In this document: piece after piece, positions 7,545 through 16,231 of the stretch
How positions within the stretch are numbered: the stretch's first letter is position 1
Layout: each line of letters starts with the position of its first letter
From: Candidatus Diapherotrites archaeon CG10_big_fil_rev_8_21_14_0_10_31_34
GTDB lineage: Archaea > Iainarchaeota > Iainarchaeia > Iainarchaeales > 1-14-0-10-31-34
NCBI GenBank assembly: GCA_002763225.1
Contig: PFAI01000028.1
Location: 1 to 37,950, forward strand
Direction: 5' to 3'
DNA: 37,950 bases
Translations under genes and position numbers: made by a program
The notes under the pieces: generated by a model
The model's input: the letters and a program-made list of their open reading frames with translations, nothing else
Databases searched by the model: none
What the model was told of the DNA's origin: nothing

Positions 7545-9289
7545 TTAGCTTCCTCCTGTAATTTAACTTCTTTTATTTTTTTAAGTAATTCTTTTTCTTC
7601 TTCATTTAATATTCCTTGGCTGTTTTCCAGTTTTTCCATGTCTTTTTCTGAAATAAAACTAATTAATTCATCATTGTTTTCTATTCCTCTTCCTAGTACG
7701 GCATCGCTTATTGAGATTGCTACTTCTTCTCCTTTTGATGCGTTTTTTATTGTTTCTCCGTTGTTTTGTATTCCCTGAACTTTTCCGACTATTTTTCCAT
7801 TTTTCATTAATTTTGTTCCTGTTTTTAATTTTCCTTCCAGTATTTTTGCTCCGATTATTACTGGTTTAGCATTTCTGAAAACATTTTCCGGCATTAATTT
7901 TATTTTTACCGGAAACACTACTTCAGCTAAAAAATCTTTTTTTGCTTTTTCTTTTTCTTCAATAACCCATTTCTCGTATTTTTCAATTAAATTATAAATT
8001 ATTTTTTCATTGAATATTTTTATTTCATTTTTTTTTGCTTCTTCTATTGCTTCTGGATTAATTTTTGTGTTAAAAGCCAGAATTACTCCTTGAATTTTGT
8101 CTTTTTCTTTTACTCCTTCTGCTTCAATTACATCTCTTCTTGTTATTTCGCCTACATTTGCTTTTCTTACTTTGATTCCTTTTTCTTGTAATAATTTTAT
8201 TGTTGCTTCTAATGACCCTAATGTGTCTGTTTTGATTATTACTCCGTTTTCTTCTGAATCAATTTTTATTGACTGAATTTCTTTTTTGATTTCTTCTATT
8301 TCTTCTTTTGTTGCTTTAACTATTAAAGGTGAGCCGGCTAATGCATTTTCTAATCCTGGTGCAGCAATCTTTAATCCTGATGCAGCATGAACTTCTTTAA
8401 CTGAATCAAATCTTTCTTGCGGTGCACTAATTTCATCTAATGGTTTTGGCAGCAGTAATGCCCTGATTTTTGTTTCAATTATTCCTTGTTTTCCTGCTAA
8501 AACAATTTGGTCTCCTGTTCTGATTGTTCCGTCATACAAAATTACATCAATTGTTTTTCCCAAGCCTTTTTCTTCTTTTACTTCTAATATTGTTCCTTTT
8601 CCTCTTCCTTTTACTTCAATGTTTAATTTTTTTTCTAAATATTTTTGGCTTAATCCTGCTAAAAACATCAGTACTTCAGGAAAGCCTTCTCCTGTTTTAT
8701 TGCAGATTGGGATTATTGGAATTTCTTTTGTGAAATTCTGTATTCTGTCAAATCTTTCAGTTAAAAAACCTTTTTTGTGGGCTTCTCCTACAATGCAGTA
8801 AAGTTTTTTGTCTAATTCTTCCAGCAATTCTTTGCTTTGGTTTTCTTTGTTTTCGGTAAAACTTAATTTTTTTGAATCCCATCCCTGCATTTTGTCTATT
8901 TTAGTCATTGCAATGATGAAAGGAACTTTAAATGCCTTTAAAATATCCAAAGATTCCAGTGTTTGTTTTTCGCATCCTTTAATGCAGTCAACTGTTAATA
9001 CTGCCAAGTCTGCAATGCTTCCCCCTCTTTTTCTTAAATTAGAGAATGCTTCGTGCCCTGGGGTGTCAATAAATAATAATCCCGGAATCTTTAATTCAAA
9101 CCCGTATTTTTTTGTTAGTTCTCCGGCCAAATTTTTTACTATTTCAATTGGAACTTCTGTTGCACCAATATGCTGTGTTATTGCTCCTGCTTCCTGTGAA
9201 ACAATTTTTGTGCCTCTAATCATGTCTAAAAAACTTGTTTTTCCTGAGTCGACATGACCTAATACAGTTATTATTGGCTTTCTAATCAT
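7541..9289 (-). CDS. infB: translation initiation factor aIF5B (IF-2)
   Basis: GHVDSGKTSFLD, DTPGHEAF and TKIDK GTPase motifs, with the expected four-domain length. Confidence 0.95.
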   Translation of the reverse strand: MIRKPIITVLGHVDSGKTSFLDMIRGTKIVSQEAGAITQHIGATEVPIEIVKNLAGELTKKYGFELKIPGLLFIDTPGHEAFSNLRKRGGSIADLAVLTVDCIKGCEKQTLESLDILKAFKVPFIIAMTKIDKMQGWDSKKLSFTENKENQSKELLEELDKKLYCIVGEAHKKGFLTERFDRIQNFTKEIPIIPICNKTGEGFPEVLMFLAGLSQKYLEKKLNIEVKGRGKGTILEVKEEKGLGKTIDVILYDGTIRTGDQIVLAGKQGIIETKIRALLLPKPLDEISAPQERFDSVKEVHAASGLKIAAPGLENALAGSPLIVKATKEEIEEIKKEIQSIKIDSEENGVIIKTDTLGSLEATIKLLQEKGIKVRKANVGEITRRDVIEAEGVKEKDKIQGVILAFNTKINPEAIEEAKKNEIKIFNEKIIYNLIEKYEKWVIEEKEKAKKDFLAEVVFPVKIKLMPENVFRNAKPVIIGAKILEGKLKTGTKLMKNGKIVGKVQGIQNNGETIKNASKGEEVAISISDAVLGRGIENNDELISFISEKDMEKLENSQGILNEEEKELLKKIKEVKLQEEAK

Positions 9290-9719
9290 TTAATTTCAGT
9301 CCTGTTGAACCAAATCCGCCTTCGCCTCGGGAAGTGTCATCTAGTTCTTCAACAAATTCTATTTCAGCTAATTCAATTTTATTAAATACTAATTGAGCAA
9401 TTTTTGTTTTTTTTTCTGCAGTAAATTTTTTTTTTCCGTGATTAATTATTATTACCCCTATTTCTCCTCTGTAACCTGAGTCAATTGTTCCCGGAGTATT
9501 TAAAACAGTTATTCCTTTGTTTAATGCCAAACCAGATTTTGGTCTTACCTGCCCTTCAAATCCTTCCGGAATAGCCACTTTAATTCCTGTTTTAACTAAT
9601 TTTATTTCGCCTGGAAGAATTTCAATTGTTTCTGCTGCATACAAGTCTATTCCTGCATCTCCTTTGTGAGCTAATTCCAGTTTTACTTCTGGATTTAATT
9701 TTTTTACTTGTACTTTCAT
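9282..9719 (-). CDS. dut: trimeric dUTP diphosphatase (dUTPase)
   Basis: Classic dUTPase motifs AGIDLYA, RPKSGLA, GTIDSGYRGEIG and SRGEGGFGSTG. Confidence 0.92.
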   Translation of the reverse strand: MKVQVKKLNPEVKLELAHKGDAGIDLYAAETIEILPGEIKLVKTGIKVAIPEGFEGQVRPKSGLALNKGITVLNTPGTIDSGYRGEIGVIIINHGKKKFTAEKKTKIAQLVFNKIELAEIEFVEELDDTSRGEGGFGSTGLKLND

Positions 9720-9846
9720 TTAATTCCCTTTTTCTTTTTTTTGATTTTAATTTCTTTTTTTATGGTTTTTTTCAATTCTTTAATTTTTTTTTCTTCAATT
9801 TTTTTAACTTATTCTTTTTAATTTATTTTTTTTGTTTTTCTTTTTT

Positions 9847-10410
9847 TTATTTGTGCATTACTTCCCATTCTTTTTTTGTGTATGCATGCAGTTCTTTTTT
9901 GTCAAACCATAAGTTTACTTCTCTGGCTGCCTGCTCTAAGTCTTCTGATGCATGAATTAAGTTTCTTACACTTCTTTGTTTTTCATCAGCTAAATCATAT
10001 GAGTCAACTGTAAAATCCCCTCTAATTGTTCCTAAGTCTGCTTTTCTTGCTTCAGTGTTTCCAATTAATTTTCTTCCAATTTCAATTGCATGGTATCCTT
10101 CAAATGTTATTGCCACTATCGGCCCTTCAGTTAAATACTCTGAATTTTGTGAATGAATTCTTTTTGCTATTTCTTCGTCTGTTTCTTTTACTGTTATTCC
10201 TTTTTTTTCAGCTAACTTTCTTGCATTTTCTCCAAGTTTTTTTGTCCATTCAGGGGTAATCACATAATGTTTGTCTGCTGTTTCTTTTGTTGCCTGAACC
10301 ATTTTCATTCCTGCAATCTTTAATCCTTTTTGTTCAAATCTTTTGATTATTTCTCCAATCAAACCTCTTTGAACTCCATCGTGTTTAACTAAAATCAAAG
10401 TTCTTTCCAT
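9847..10410 (-). CDS. ndk: nucleoside diphosphate kinase, long form with internal insertions
   Basis: MERTLILVKHDGVQRGLIGEIIKRFEQKG, TIRGDF and NLIHASED (catalytic His). 187 aa against the usual ~140-150. Confidence 0.88.
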   Translation of the reverse strand: MERTLILVKHDGVQRGLIGEIIKRFEQKGLKIAGMKMVQATKETADKHYVITPEWTKKLGENARKLAEKKGITVKETDEEIAKRIHSQNSEYLTEGPIVAITFEGYHAIEIGRKLIGNTEARKADLGTIRGDFTVDSYDLADEKQRSVRNLIHASEDLEQAAREVNLWFDKKELHAYTKKEWEVMHK

Positions 10411-10427
10411 TTAATCACCTATTTTTC

Positions 10428-10455
10428 TTTTTTGATTACTTTTTTTAAAAGTTTA
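10428..10455 (-). repeat. AT-rich palindromic motif copy (ttttttgattactttttttaaaagttta; left arm shortened)
   Basis: Lies 18-45 nt upstream of the ndk start, in the rpl24e-ndk spacer. Confidence 0.6.
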
Positions 10456-10461
10456 TCGCAT

Positions 10462-10650
10462 TTACTGTTTTTTTCCTTTTTTTATTTTATGGTATTCGCT
10501 TGCCCATTTAGTGTTTCTTGGATTCCGCTTTAATTTCAGCAAATTTTTTTCGCATTTGCCTGAACAAAAATTAAAGGTTGTACCCTCTTTTTTTACAAAC
10601 ATTAATCCTGTTCCTTTTTTTATTTCTTTTCCGCAAAAACTGCATTTCAT
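10462..10650 (-). CDS. rpl24e: ribosomal protein L24e (eL24)
   Basis: MKCSFCGKEIKKGTGLMFVKKEGTTFNFCSGKCEKN zinc-binding N-terminus. SD GGGGTGAG upstream. Confidence 0.92.
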   Translation of the reverse strand: MKCSFCGKEIKKGTGLMFVKKEGTTFNFCSGKCEKNLLKLKRNPRNTKWASEYHKIKKGKKQ

Positions 10651-10664
10651 TTTTTCTCACCCCA

Positions 10665-10758
10665 ACCCGCTTTCGTGCGGGTGTAACGGTGCACCACTTT
10701 CAGTGGTGCTAGCCCCATGCAAAGCACGGTGCCTCGTACTCAACTGCTGAAACAGTTG
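10665..10758 (-). ncRNA. GC-rich four-hairpin structured element, copy B
   Basis: 10665..10788 matches 4025..4148 at 123 of 124 positions. The only difference is A10717 versus G4077. Abuts the rpl24e SD. Confidence 0.55.
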
Positions 10759-10786
10759 TTTTGATTAAACTTTTTTTAAAAGTTTA
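10759..10786 (-). repeat. AT-rich palindromic motif copy (ttttgattaaactttttttaaaagttta)
   Basis: Identical to 4119..4146. Immediately follows the rps28e stop. Confidence 0.75.
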
Positions 10787-10996
10787 CTAAGCTTTGATTT
10801 CTTTTGCTTCTCTTTCAGTTGAAAGCAAAATTATTACGTCTCCTTTTTTGATTATTCCTTTAACATTTCTTCTTTTTACTCTGCCTTGTTCTGGTCCTTC
10901 TAAAATTTTGCAGAGTACTTGGATTATTTCTCCATGAACTCCTGTTCTTTGGATTACTTCAACTACTTCTGCTGGTGTTCCTCCTCTTTCTGCCAT
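10787..10996 (-). CDS. rps28e: ribosomal protein S28e (eS28)
   Basis: GTPAEVVEVIQRTGVHGEIIQVLCKILEG..GRVKRRNVKG is typical of S28e. Confidence 0.93.
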   Translation of the reverse strand: MAERGGTPAEVVEVIQRTGVHGEIIQVLCKILEGPEQGRVKRRNVKGIIKKGDVIILLSTEREAKEIKA

Positions 10997-11000
10997 TTAT

Positions 11001-11369
11001 TCACACCTTTTTTAATTCGCTTACTTTTTTTATTACTTCTTCTAGTTCTTTTTTTGCGCTTCCTTCTTCTATTAATGCGATTGAAGCTGTTCCGACTGCT
11101 ATTCCTGCTTTTTCCCCTAGTTCTTTTTTTGTTGAAATAAAACTATAAGGAATTTTTTTTTCTTCGCACAGCAAAGGCAAATGCATTACTAGTTCTTGTG
11201 GAGAAACATCTTCTGCAATAAAAATGATTTTTGCTTTTCCTCTTTCTATTGCTTTAGTTGTTTCATTTACTCCAATTCGAATTTTTCCTGTTTTGGTTAC
11301 TTTTTCGATTAATTCGAATTGCTTTTCTTTTAATTCCTTGCCTACGCTGAATTTAACGTATTCTGCCAT
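11001..11369 (-). CDS. rpl7ae: ribosomal protein L7Ae (K-turn binding protein)
   Basis: GVNETTKAIERGKAKIIFIAEDVSP and LPLLCEEKKIPY motifs. Conserved L7Ae-S28e-L24e order. Confidence 0.93.
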   Translation of the reverse strand: MAEYVKFSVGKELKEKQFELIEKVTKTGKIRIGVNETTKAIERGKAKIIFIAEDVSPQELVMHLPLLCEEKKIPYSFISTKKELGEKAGIAVGTASIALIEEGSAKKELEEVIKKVSELKKV

Positions 11370-11377
11370 TTAAAATC

Positions 11378-11420
11378 AACCTCCTTGCAGCCATTTATGG
11401 CTGTTCATTGTCATCGGCAA
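11378..11420 (-). promoter_or_regulatory. candidate K-turn plus hairpin in the rpl7ae 5' UTR, overlapping the SD
   Basis: Sense RNA UUGCC-GAU-GA-C..CAGCCAUAAAUGGCUG..CAAG-GA-GGUU. This gives a C-stem GCC/GGU, a 3-nt bulge GAU, tandem G.A/A.G pairs and a C-G pair. The GGAGG SD lies in the non-bulged strand. Confidence 0.4.
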
Positions 11421-11488
11421 AATGAGACTTATTAAAACGTGTGAAAAAAGCTTTTTAAAGGTATTTTAGAGGGATAATTTGAGGTTTT

Positions 11489-13183
11489 TCATTTATGGGT
11501 AAACCATAGCGTAATGCTTTTTTTGTTTATTTCATCTATTCTGCAGTAACCAAAGGATTCCAGCTGAACTGTGTTTCCTGTTTCTTCTTCAAGAATTTCT
11601 TTGTCTATTATTCCGTGTTTTTTGGTTGAATCATCCATTATTATTTCTGCATTGGTTTCAGATAAAATCCAGTTAATTAAAGGCTTGTTTTCAAGTTTTT
11701 GTATTCCAGTGAACTCGCCAAAAATTTGCATTTCGTCTTTTCTAATGACTCTGAAGTTTAGTGCATGCTTTAATCTCGCAATTTTTCCTATTTCTAATTT
11801 TTTAACATCTTTTTTTGAAATCAAAAAACTTTGTGTTCCTGCTTTTAATCCATAAACTCTTACTTGATCAGGGTAATCAGGATGCAATGGCTTTTCTATT
11901 TCCATTTCAGGAATAAAATTCACTTCTAACCTGATTGGCTCTTCAATAAAATAATATCTGTCTGATTTAGAGTCAATAAAACTTTTGTTTAAGTCAATTA
12001 TTCTGTTAAAATCAATTGTCACATCAGAGCTTTTTACTCCAATTTCTTTAATTATTTCTTTGATTGTTTTAGCTGAAAAACCTCTTCTGCGAAGCGCTTG
12101 AAGTGTGCCTAATCTTGGGTCATCCCATCCTTTATACATTCCTTGTTCTATTCCTTCTTTTATTTTTGAAGTGCTTAACACCATTTCTTTTAGTTTGATT
12201 CTTCCTGTGTGAAATGTATGCGGATAAATCCATTTGAAGTAGTCATACAAGAATTTTTGTTTTTCAGCGTTTTGTGCATGTTCTTGCCCTCTGATAATTA
12301 GTGTTACTCTTAGTTCATGGTCGTCTATTGCTGAAGCAAAATTATATGACGGCCATACATGATATTTGTCTTTTACCCTTGGGTGCTCTGGATTATCAAC
12401 TATTTTTGCTGCCCACCAGTCTCTTAAAGAAGGGTCTTTTGAATTCAAATCTGTTTTAATTCTTAGTACTGCTGTTCCTTCTTTTATTTCATGTGAAAGC
12501 ATTTTATCAAATTCTTTTGCTTGTTCTTTTGCATCTTTTTCCCTGCAACTACATCCTTTATTTTGGTCAATTAATTCTTTCCATTTTTCTTTTTCACAAA
12601 AACAAACATATGCTTTTCCCATTGAAATAATTTTTTTCATAAAAGCATAATATACTTCCATTCTGTCTGAAGCAAAATACATTTCATCTACTTTTACTCC
12701 AAGCCAGTCAAAATCTTTTTTGAATACTATTTCAGGGTTAGCCATTGGTTTTTTTACTTTTGGGTCAGTGTCATCAAACCTTAAAATAAATTTTCCATTA
12801 TATTTTCTTGCATATTCATGAGAATTTAATAAAGCTCTTGCGTTTCCTAAATGAATTGGCCCATTTGGATTTGGAGCATATCTTGTTACTACTTTTTCTT
12901 TGTCTGCCCAGTCTAACTGCATTTCTTCTTTATGTTTTCTTTCAGGCAGTTCATCAAATGAATCAAATGAATTGAATTTTTCTTCTAATTCTTTTTTGTC
13001 CATTGAATTAACTTTTTCAACTATTTCAGTTATTTCTTTTATTTCTACACTTAAATTTTTAGCTAGATTTTTGTCTATTGCCATTAGTTTTGAAATAACT
13101 GCTTTTAGTTCTGCTTTGCCTTGGTGTTCTATTGCATTTTTTACTGCATACTTTAAAGTTAATTGCTTTAAAAGTTCATCCAT
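11489..13183 (-). CDS. gltX: glutamyl-tRNA synthetase, archaeal type
   Basis: Class I signatures PNGPIHLGNARA (HIGH-like) and VLSTSK (KMSKS-like). The N-terminus LKYAVKNAIEHQGKA is typical of archaeal GluRS. Confidence 0.9.
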   Translation of the reverse strand: MDELLKQLTLKYAVKNAIEHQGKAELKAVISKLMAIDKNLAKNLSVEIKEITEIVEKVNSMDKKELEEKFNSFDSFDELPERKHKEEMQLDWADKEKVVTRYAPNPNGPIHLGNARALLNSHEYARKYNGKFILRFDDTDPKVKKPMANPEIVFKKDFDWLGVKVDEMYFASDRMEVYYAFMKKIISMGKAYVCFCEKEKWKELIDQNKGCSCREKDAKEQAKEFDKMLSHEIKEGTAVLRIKTDLNSKDPSLRDWWAAKIVDNPEHPRVKDKYHVWPSYNFASAIDDHELRVTLIIRGQEHAQNAEKQKFLYDYFKWIYPHTFHTGRIKLKEMVLSTSKIKEGIEQGMYKGWDDPRLGTLQALRRRGFSAKTIKEIIKEIGVKSSDVTIDFNRIIDLNKSFIDSKSDRYYFIEEPIRLEVNFIPEMEIEKPLHPDYPDQVRVYGLKAGTQSFLISKKDVKKLEIGKIARLKHALNFRVIRKDEMQIFGEFTGIQKLENKPLINWILSETNAEIIMDDSTKKHGIIDKEILEEETGNTVQLESFGYCRIDEINKKSITLWFTHK

Positions 13184-13236
13184 GATTTATTCCTTCAATT
13201 ACTAAATCTGAATAAAATTAGTTTTAATTTTATGCT

Positions 13237-13512
13237 TTAGCTTTTTTTGCAGCAAAACTGGTTGTTTGGACAAAAATTGTCTTTTGTTGTGTATCCTTCA
13301 GCACAGGTTTCTGAAGAGCATATTCCGTTTATTTCATCACAGGTTTTTTCTTTTGGCTGAATTGCTTTTCCAACTGGATCTCCACCAATAACATTTAACA
13401 GTAAAACAGCAGTTAAAATCACTAAGACAAATGTTCCATATCTTTTTGCCTGGCCTTTTTCTATTGCGTCTTTTAATTTGCTTAAATAATTCATTTCTGT
13501 TTTTTCATCCAT
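13237..13512 (-). CDS. small membrane-anchored or secreted cysteine-rich protein (six Cys, C-x6-C-x4-C-x10-C-x5-CC)
   Basis: ORF track. Hydrophobic segment GTFVLVILTAVLLLNVIGG followed by a 36-aa six-cysteine domain. No family recognised. Confidence 0.5.
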   Translation of the reverse strand: MDEKTEMNYLSKLKDAIEKGQAKRYGTFVLVILTAVLLLNVIGGDPVGKAIQPKEKTCDEINGICSSETCAEGYTTKDNFCPNNQFCCKKS

Positions 13513-13550
13513 AATATCACATTAGTTTTTTGTATATTTAAATTTTACTT

Positions 13551-14276
13551 TTATTTCTCCCATTTTTGGCTGAAATGAGTTGATAAAGCGTCAATTAAAC
13601 TCTTGTTTTGAAGTATTGCAAAATAATATCTTTGCTTTTGTTCTTTGAAGTCATCTAATCCTAAAACAATTTTTTTTCCGTCAATTACAAAAGCATTAAG
13701 TGAATGAACTGAATTTTTTGAAGAAACCGCTGAACCAAAAATTTTGTTTATTTCTTTATCACTGTGAATTAATTGAACATTAACTTTGTTTTTTACTGCT
13801 TTAGCTAAAGCTTCATCCAAAAAAATTCTTTTTTCTTTTATTTCAGTGAAACCTATTACGTTTTTTTTTGCTTTTAAAATCTCTGATGCAAGAATTCTAT
13901 CAAAATCAGTTAAACTTTTCACTCTTAAAACATTTTCTTGTGTTTCATTTATTTCGTTAAATTTTATTCCTTGCTTTAGTTTTAATGCGTTTTCTTCTAT
14001 TTCTTTGAATTCTTTTCTTTTTACTTCAATTAGTTTTTCTATTACTTTATTTGATTCAATTGACTGAAACTTTTTTGGTCTTCCGTGCAAAGGAATAACC
14101 AAACCTTTTTTTTCAAGTTTTTCAAGCACATCATAAACTCTTGTTTTTGGAATGTCTGTGTTTCTGCTGATTTCCGGTGCCTCTAAAGCCCCTTTTTCAA
14201 TTAAAGACAGAATTGCTTTGGATTCATATTCAGTTAAACCCAGTGAATTCAGATAAGAAACAGTTTCAGAGTTCAT
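13551..14276 (-). CDS. TrmB-family transcriptional regulator
   Basis: N-terminal wHTH LGLTEYESKAILSLIEKGALEAPEISRNTDIPKTRVYDVLEKLEKKGLV is typical of TrmB. Confidence 0.8.
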   Translation of the reverse strand: MNSETVSYLNSLGLTEYESKAILSLIEKGALEAPEISRNTDIPKTRVYDVLEKLEKKGLVIPLHGRPKKFQSIESNKVIEKLIEVKRKEFKEIEENALKLKQGIKFNEINETQENVLRVKSLTDFDRILASEILKAKKNVIGFTEIKEKRIFLDEALAKAVKNKVNVQLIHSDKEINKIFGSAVSSKNSVHSLNAFVIDGKKIVLGLDDFKEQKQRYYFAILQNKSLIDALSTHFSQKWEK

Positions 14277-14328
14277 ACTCTAAACAAAGACAGAAAGGAA
14301 TTTAAATTTACTCTTTACAGTGAACTAA

Positions 14329-15354
14329 TTAGGCATTAATCCATTCTCTTAGATTGTCCTGTAAAACAAACTTTTTGTGCTTTAATTCCTCAGTATTTCT
14401 TGCTCCAATTAAAAACATTGAAATAACCAGTTCTTCTTTAAATGAATCCAACAAATTTTCAACTGATTTTTCGTTTCCTGCATTTCTGATAGCAGGAACA
14501 GCTATTCCTGCTAAATCTGCTCCTAATACAAGGCTTTTACACACATCTAATCCATTTCTTATTCCGCCAGAAGCAATAATCTTTTTTTTAGAAGCTTTTT
14601 TTGTAAACAAAACTGAGGCAGCAGTCGGAATCCCAAACTCGCCAAAAACTTCTCCTAATCTTTTTTTTCCATGCAAAATTGAATCAATTTTGACAAAAGA
14701 AGTTCCTCCTCTTCCGGCAACATCAATTGCATTGATTTTAGTTGAATCAAGTTTTTTTGCGGTTTCAAATGAAATCCCGTTTCCGACTTCTTTAACTATA
14801 ACAGGAAAATTGCTTTGTTCAGCAAAATTTTTAATGCTGTTAAAAACTTCAGAAAACCCTTTTGTTTTTGAGTTCTGCATTAATTCCTGTGCAGAATTCA
14901 AGTGAACTGAAACTGCATCAGCCTGTATTTCTTCAGCAAAATCATCAATTTTTTTTGCAGAGTGTTTTGCCAGTTCTAATGCCCCTATATTTGCTTCCAA
15001 AAAAATTGAAGGGCAATATTTTCTTAATTTGAAGAATTCTATTTTAGATTTGTTTTCTAACCCTGCTCTCATTGAACCCAAAGCAAAACCAATGCCTTTT
15101 TTTTCGCATGCCAAAGCAATGTTTTTATTTAATTCAAAAGATTTTTTTGTTCCTCCTGTAATTGGTCTGATGCAAAGCGGGAAAGAAAATTTTTTTCCCA
15201 AAAAAGTTGTTTGGGTTTTAATTTCAGTTAGTTCACAATCCAATAACGGATTATGTATAAGTTCAATCTCTTCGAATAAACTTGTTTTTCTGAATTGGCT
15301 TTCTTTTTTCATTGCAGTTTTTAAATGCAAATCTTTTCTTTTTTCTGTTTTCAT
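14329..15354 (-). CDS. fni: isopentenyl-diphosphate delta-isomerase, type 2 (FMN-dependent)
   Basis: TIM-barrel motifs VKEVGNGIS, IDVAGRGGTSF and ASGGIRNGLD. Confidence 0.88.
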   Translation of the reverse strand: MKTEKRKDLHLKTAMKKESQFRKTSLFEEIELIHNPLLDCELTEIKTQTTFLGKKFSFPLCIRPITGGTKKSFELNKNIALACEKKGIGFALGSMRAGLENKSKIEFFKLRKYCPSIFLEANIGALELAKHSAKKIDDFAEEIQADAVSVHLNSAQELMQNSKTKGFSEVFNSIKNFAEQSNFPVIVKEVGNGISFETAKKLDSTKINAIDVAGRGGTSFVKIDSILHGKKRLGEVFGEFGIPTAASVLFTKKASKKKIIASGGIRNGLDVCKSLVLGADLAGIAVPAIRNAGNEKSVENLLDSFKEELVISMFLIGARNTEELKHKKFVLQDNLREWINA

Positions 15355-16160
15355 TCAAAAAACCCTATTGAAGCATAAGCTACAACACTTGAATTATCCC
15401 CTGTTGTTTTTCCTGAATTGCTATAATCTATGAGTTCAGCTTTTTTTATGCCTTTCTTTTTGCAGTATTGCATTAAAACTTCTATTGCTGAGTGCCCGCA
15501 AATGCTTAACCTTTCATTTTTAACAAGCTCGTGAAATCCTTTTACATTCATTTTTTTGATTAATTTAATTGCCTTGAAATCGTTTTCTTTTGCTTTTTTT
15601 GATGACAGAAAATGAGTGAAATCGCTTGAAGCAATCACTGAAAACTTTTTTCCAAGAATTTTTTCTGTTTCAATCAATGTTTCTGCCAGTTTTTCAAGTT
15701 CTTCAGAATTTTCTGTCATTAAAGTAATTGGAACAATCTTGAATTCTTTAAACAGATACTGCAAGAAAATCAGTTGAATTTCAATTGAATGTTCTTGTAA
15801 ATGAGCTATTTCATCTTTTTTTGCTTTTGAATTTAATTCAGTTATTTTTTCAACAGCTTTTTTGTCTATTTCTGTTTCTCTTAAAGGAGTAACCCATGTT
15901 CCTTCCGGATAAACTGATATTTTTTCTCCGTAACCAGTGTGATTTGGGGAAAGAATCACAACTGTTTCAGGTTTTTGCATTAAAGAATAAGAATATGAGG
16001 CAGTCTGGCCTGAATAAATTGTTCCTGCGTGAGGTGAAATAAAATAATTAGTTTTTTTTGAAGTTTTTTTCACTTTAGAAAAAAAAGTTTTTAATTGAGT
16101 AATTATTTCTTGTTTGTTTTTTGGATAAAAGCTTCCTTTAATTACTGCTTCTCTTAGCAT
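15351..16160 (-). CDS. MEMO1 / AmmeMemoRadiSam system protein B family
   Basis: ISPHAGTIYSG, SPNHTG and SSDFTH motifs. Conserved archaeal position downstream of rps2. Confidence 0.8.
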   Translation of the reverse strand: MLREAVIKGSFYPKNKQEIITQLKTFFSKVKKTSKKTNYFISPHAGTIYSGQTASYSYSLMQKPETVVILSPNHTGYGEKISVYPEGTWVTPLRETEIDKKAVEKITELNSKAKKDEIAHLQEHSIEIQLIFLQYLFKEFKIVPITLMTENSEELEKLAETLIETEKILGKKFSVIASSDFTHFLSSKKAKENDFKAIKLIKKMNVKGFHELVKNERLSICGHSAIEVLMQYCKKKGIKKAELIDYSNSGKTTGDNSSVVAYASIGFFE

Positions 16161-16231
16161 AATAAAAAAATGGGAAAATGTTTTTTTAAAGAGTGTTTTT
16201 GTTAAAGATTTTTTTTTAAACGGTTGTTTTA

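Noticed and set aside
9720-9846. 127-nt spacer between ndk and dut, checked for a small gene or RNA
   Set aside because: It is almost pure T/A low-complexity sequence with no GC island, no stable hairpin and no plausible ORF. It is most likely just the dut promoter and spacer.
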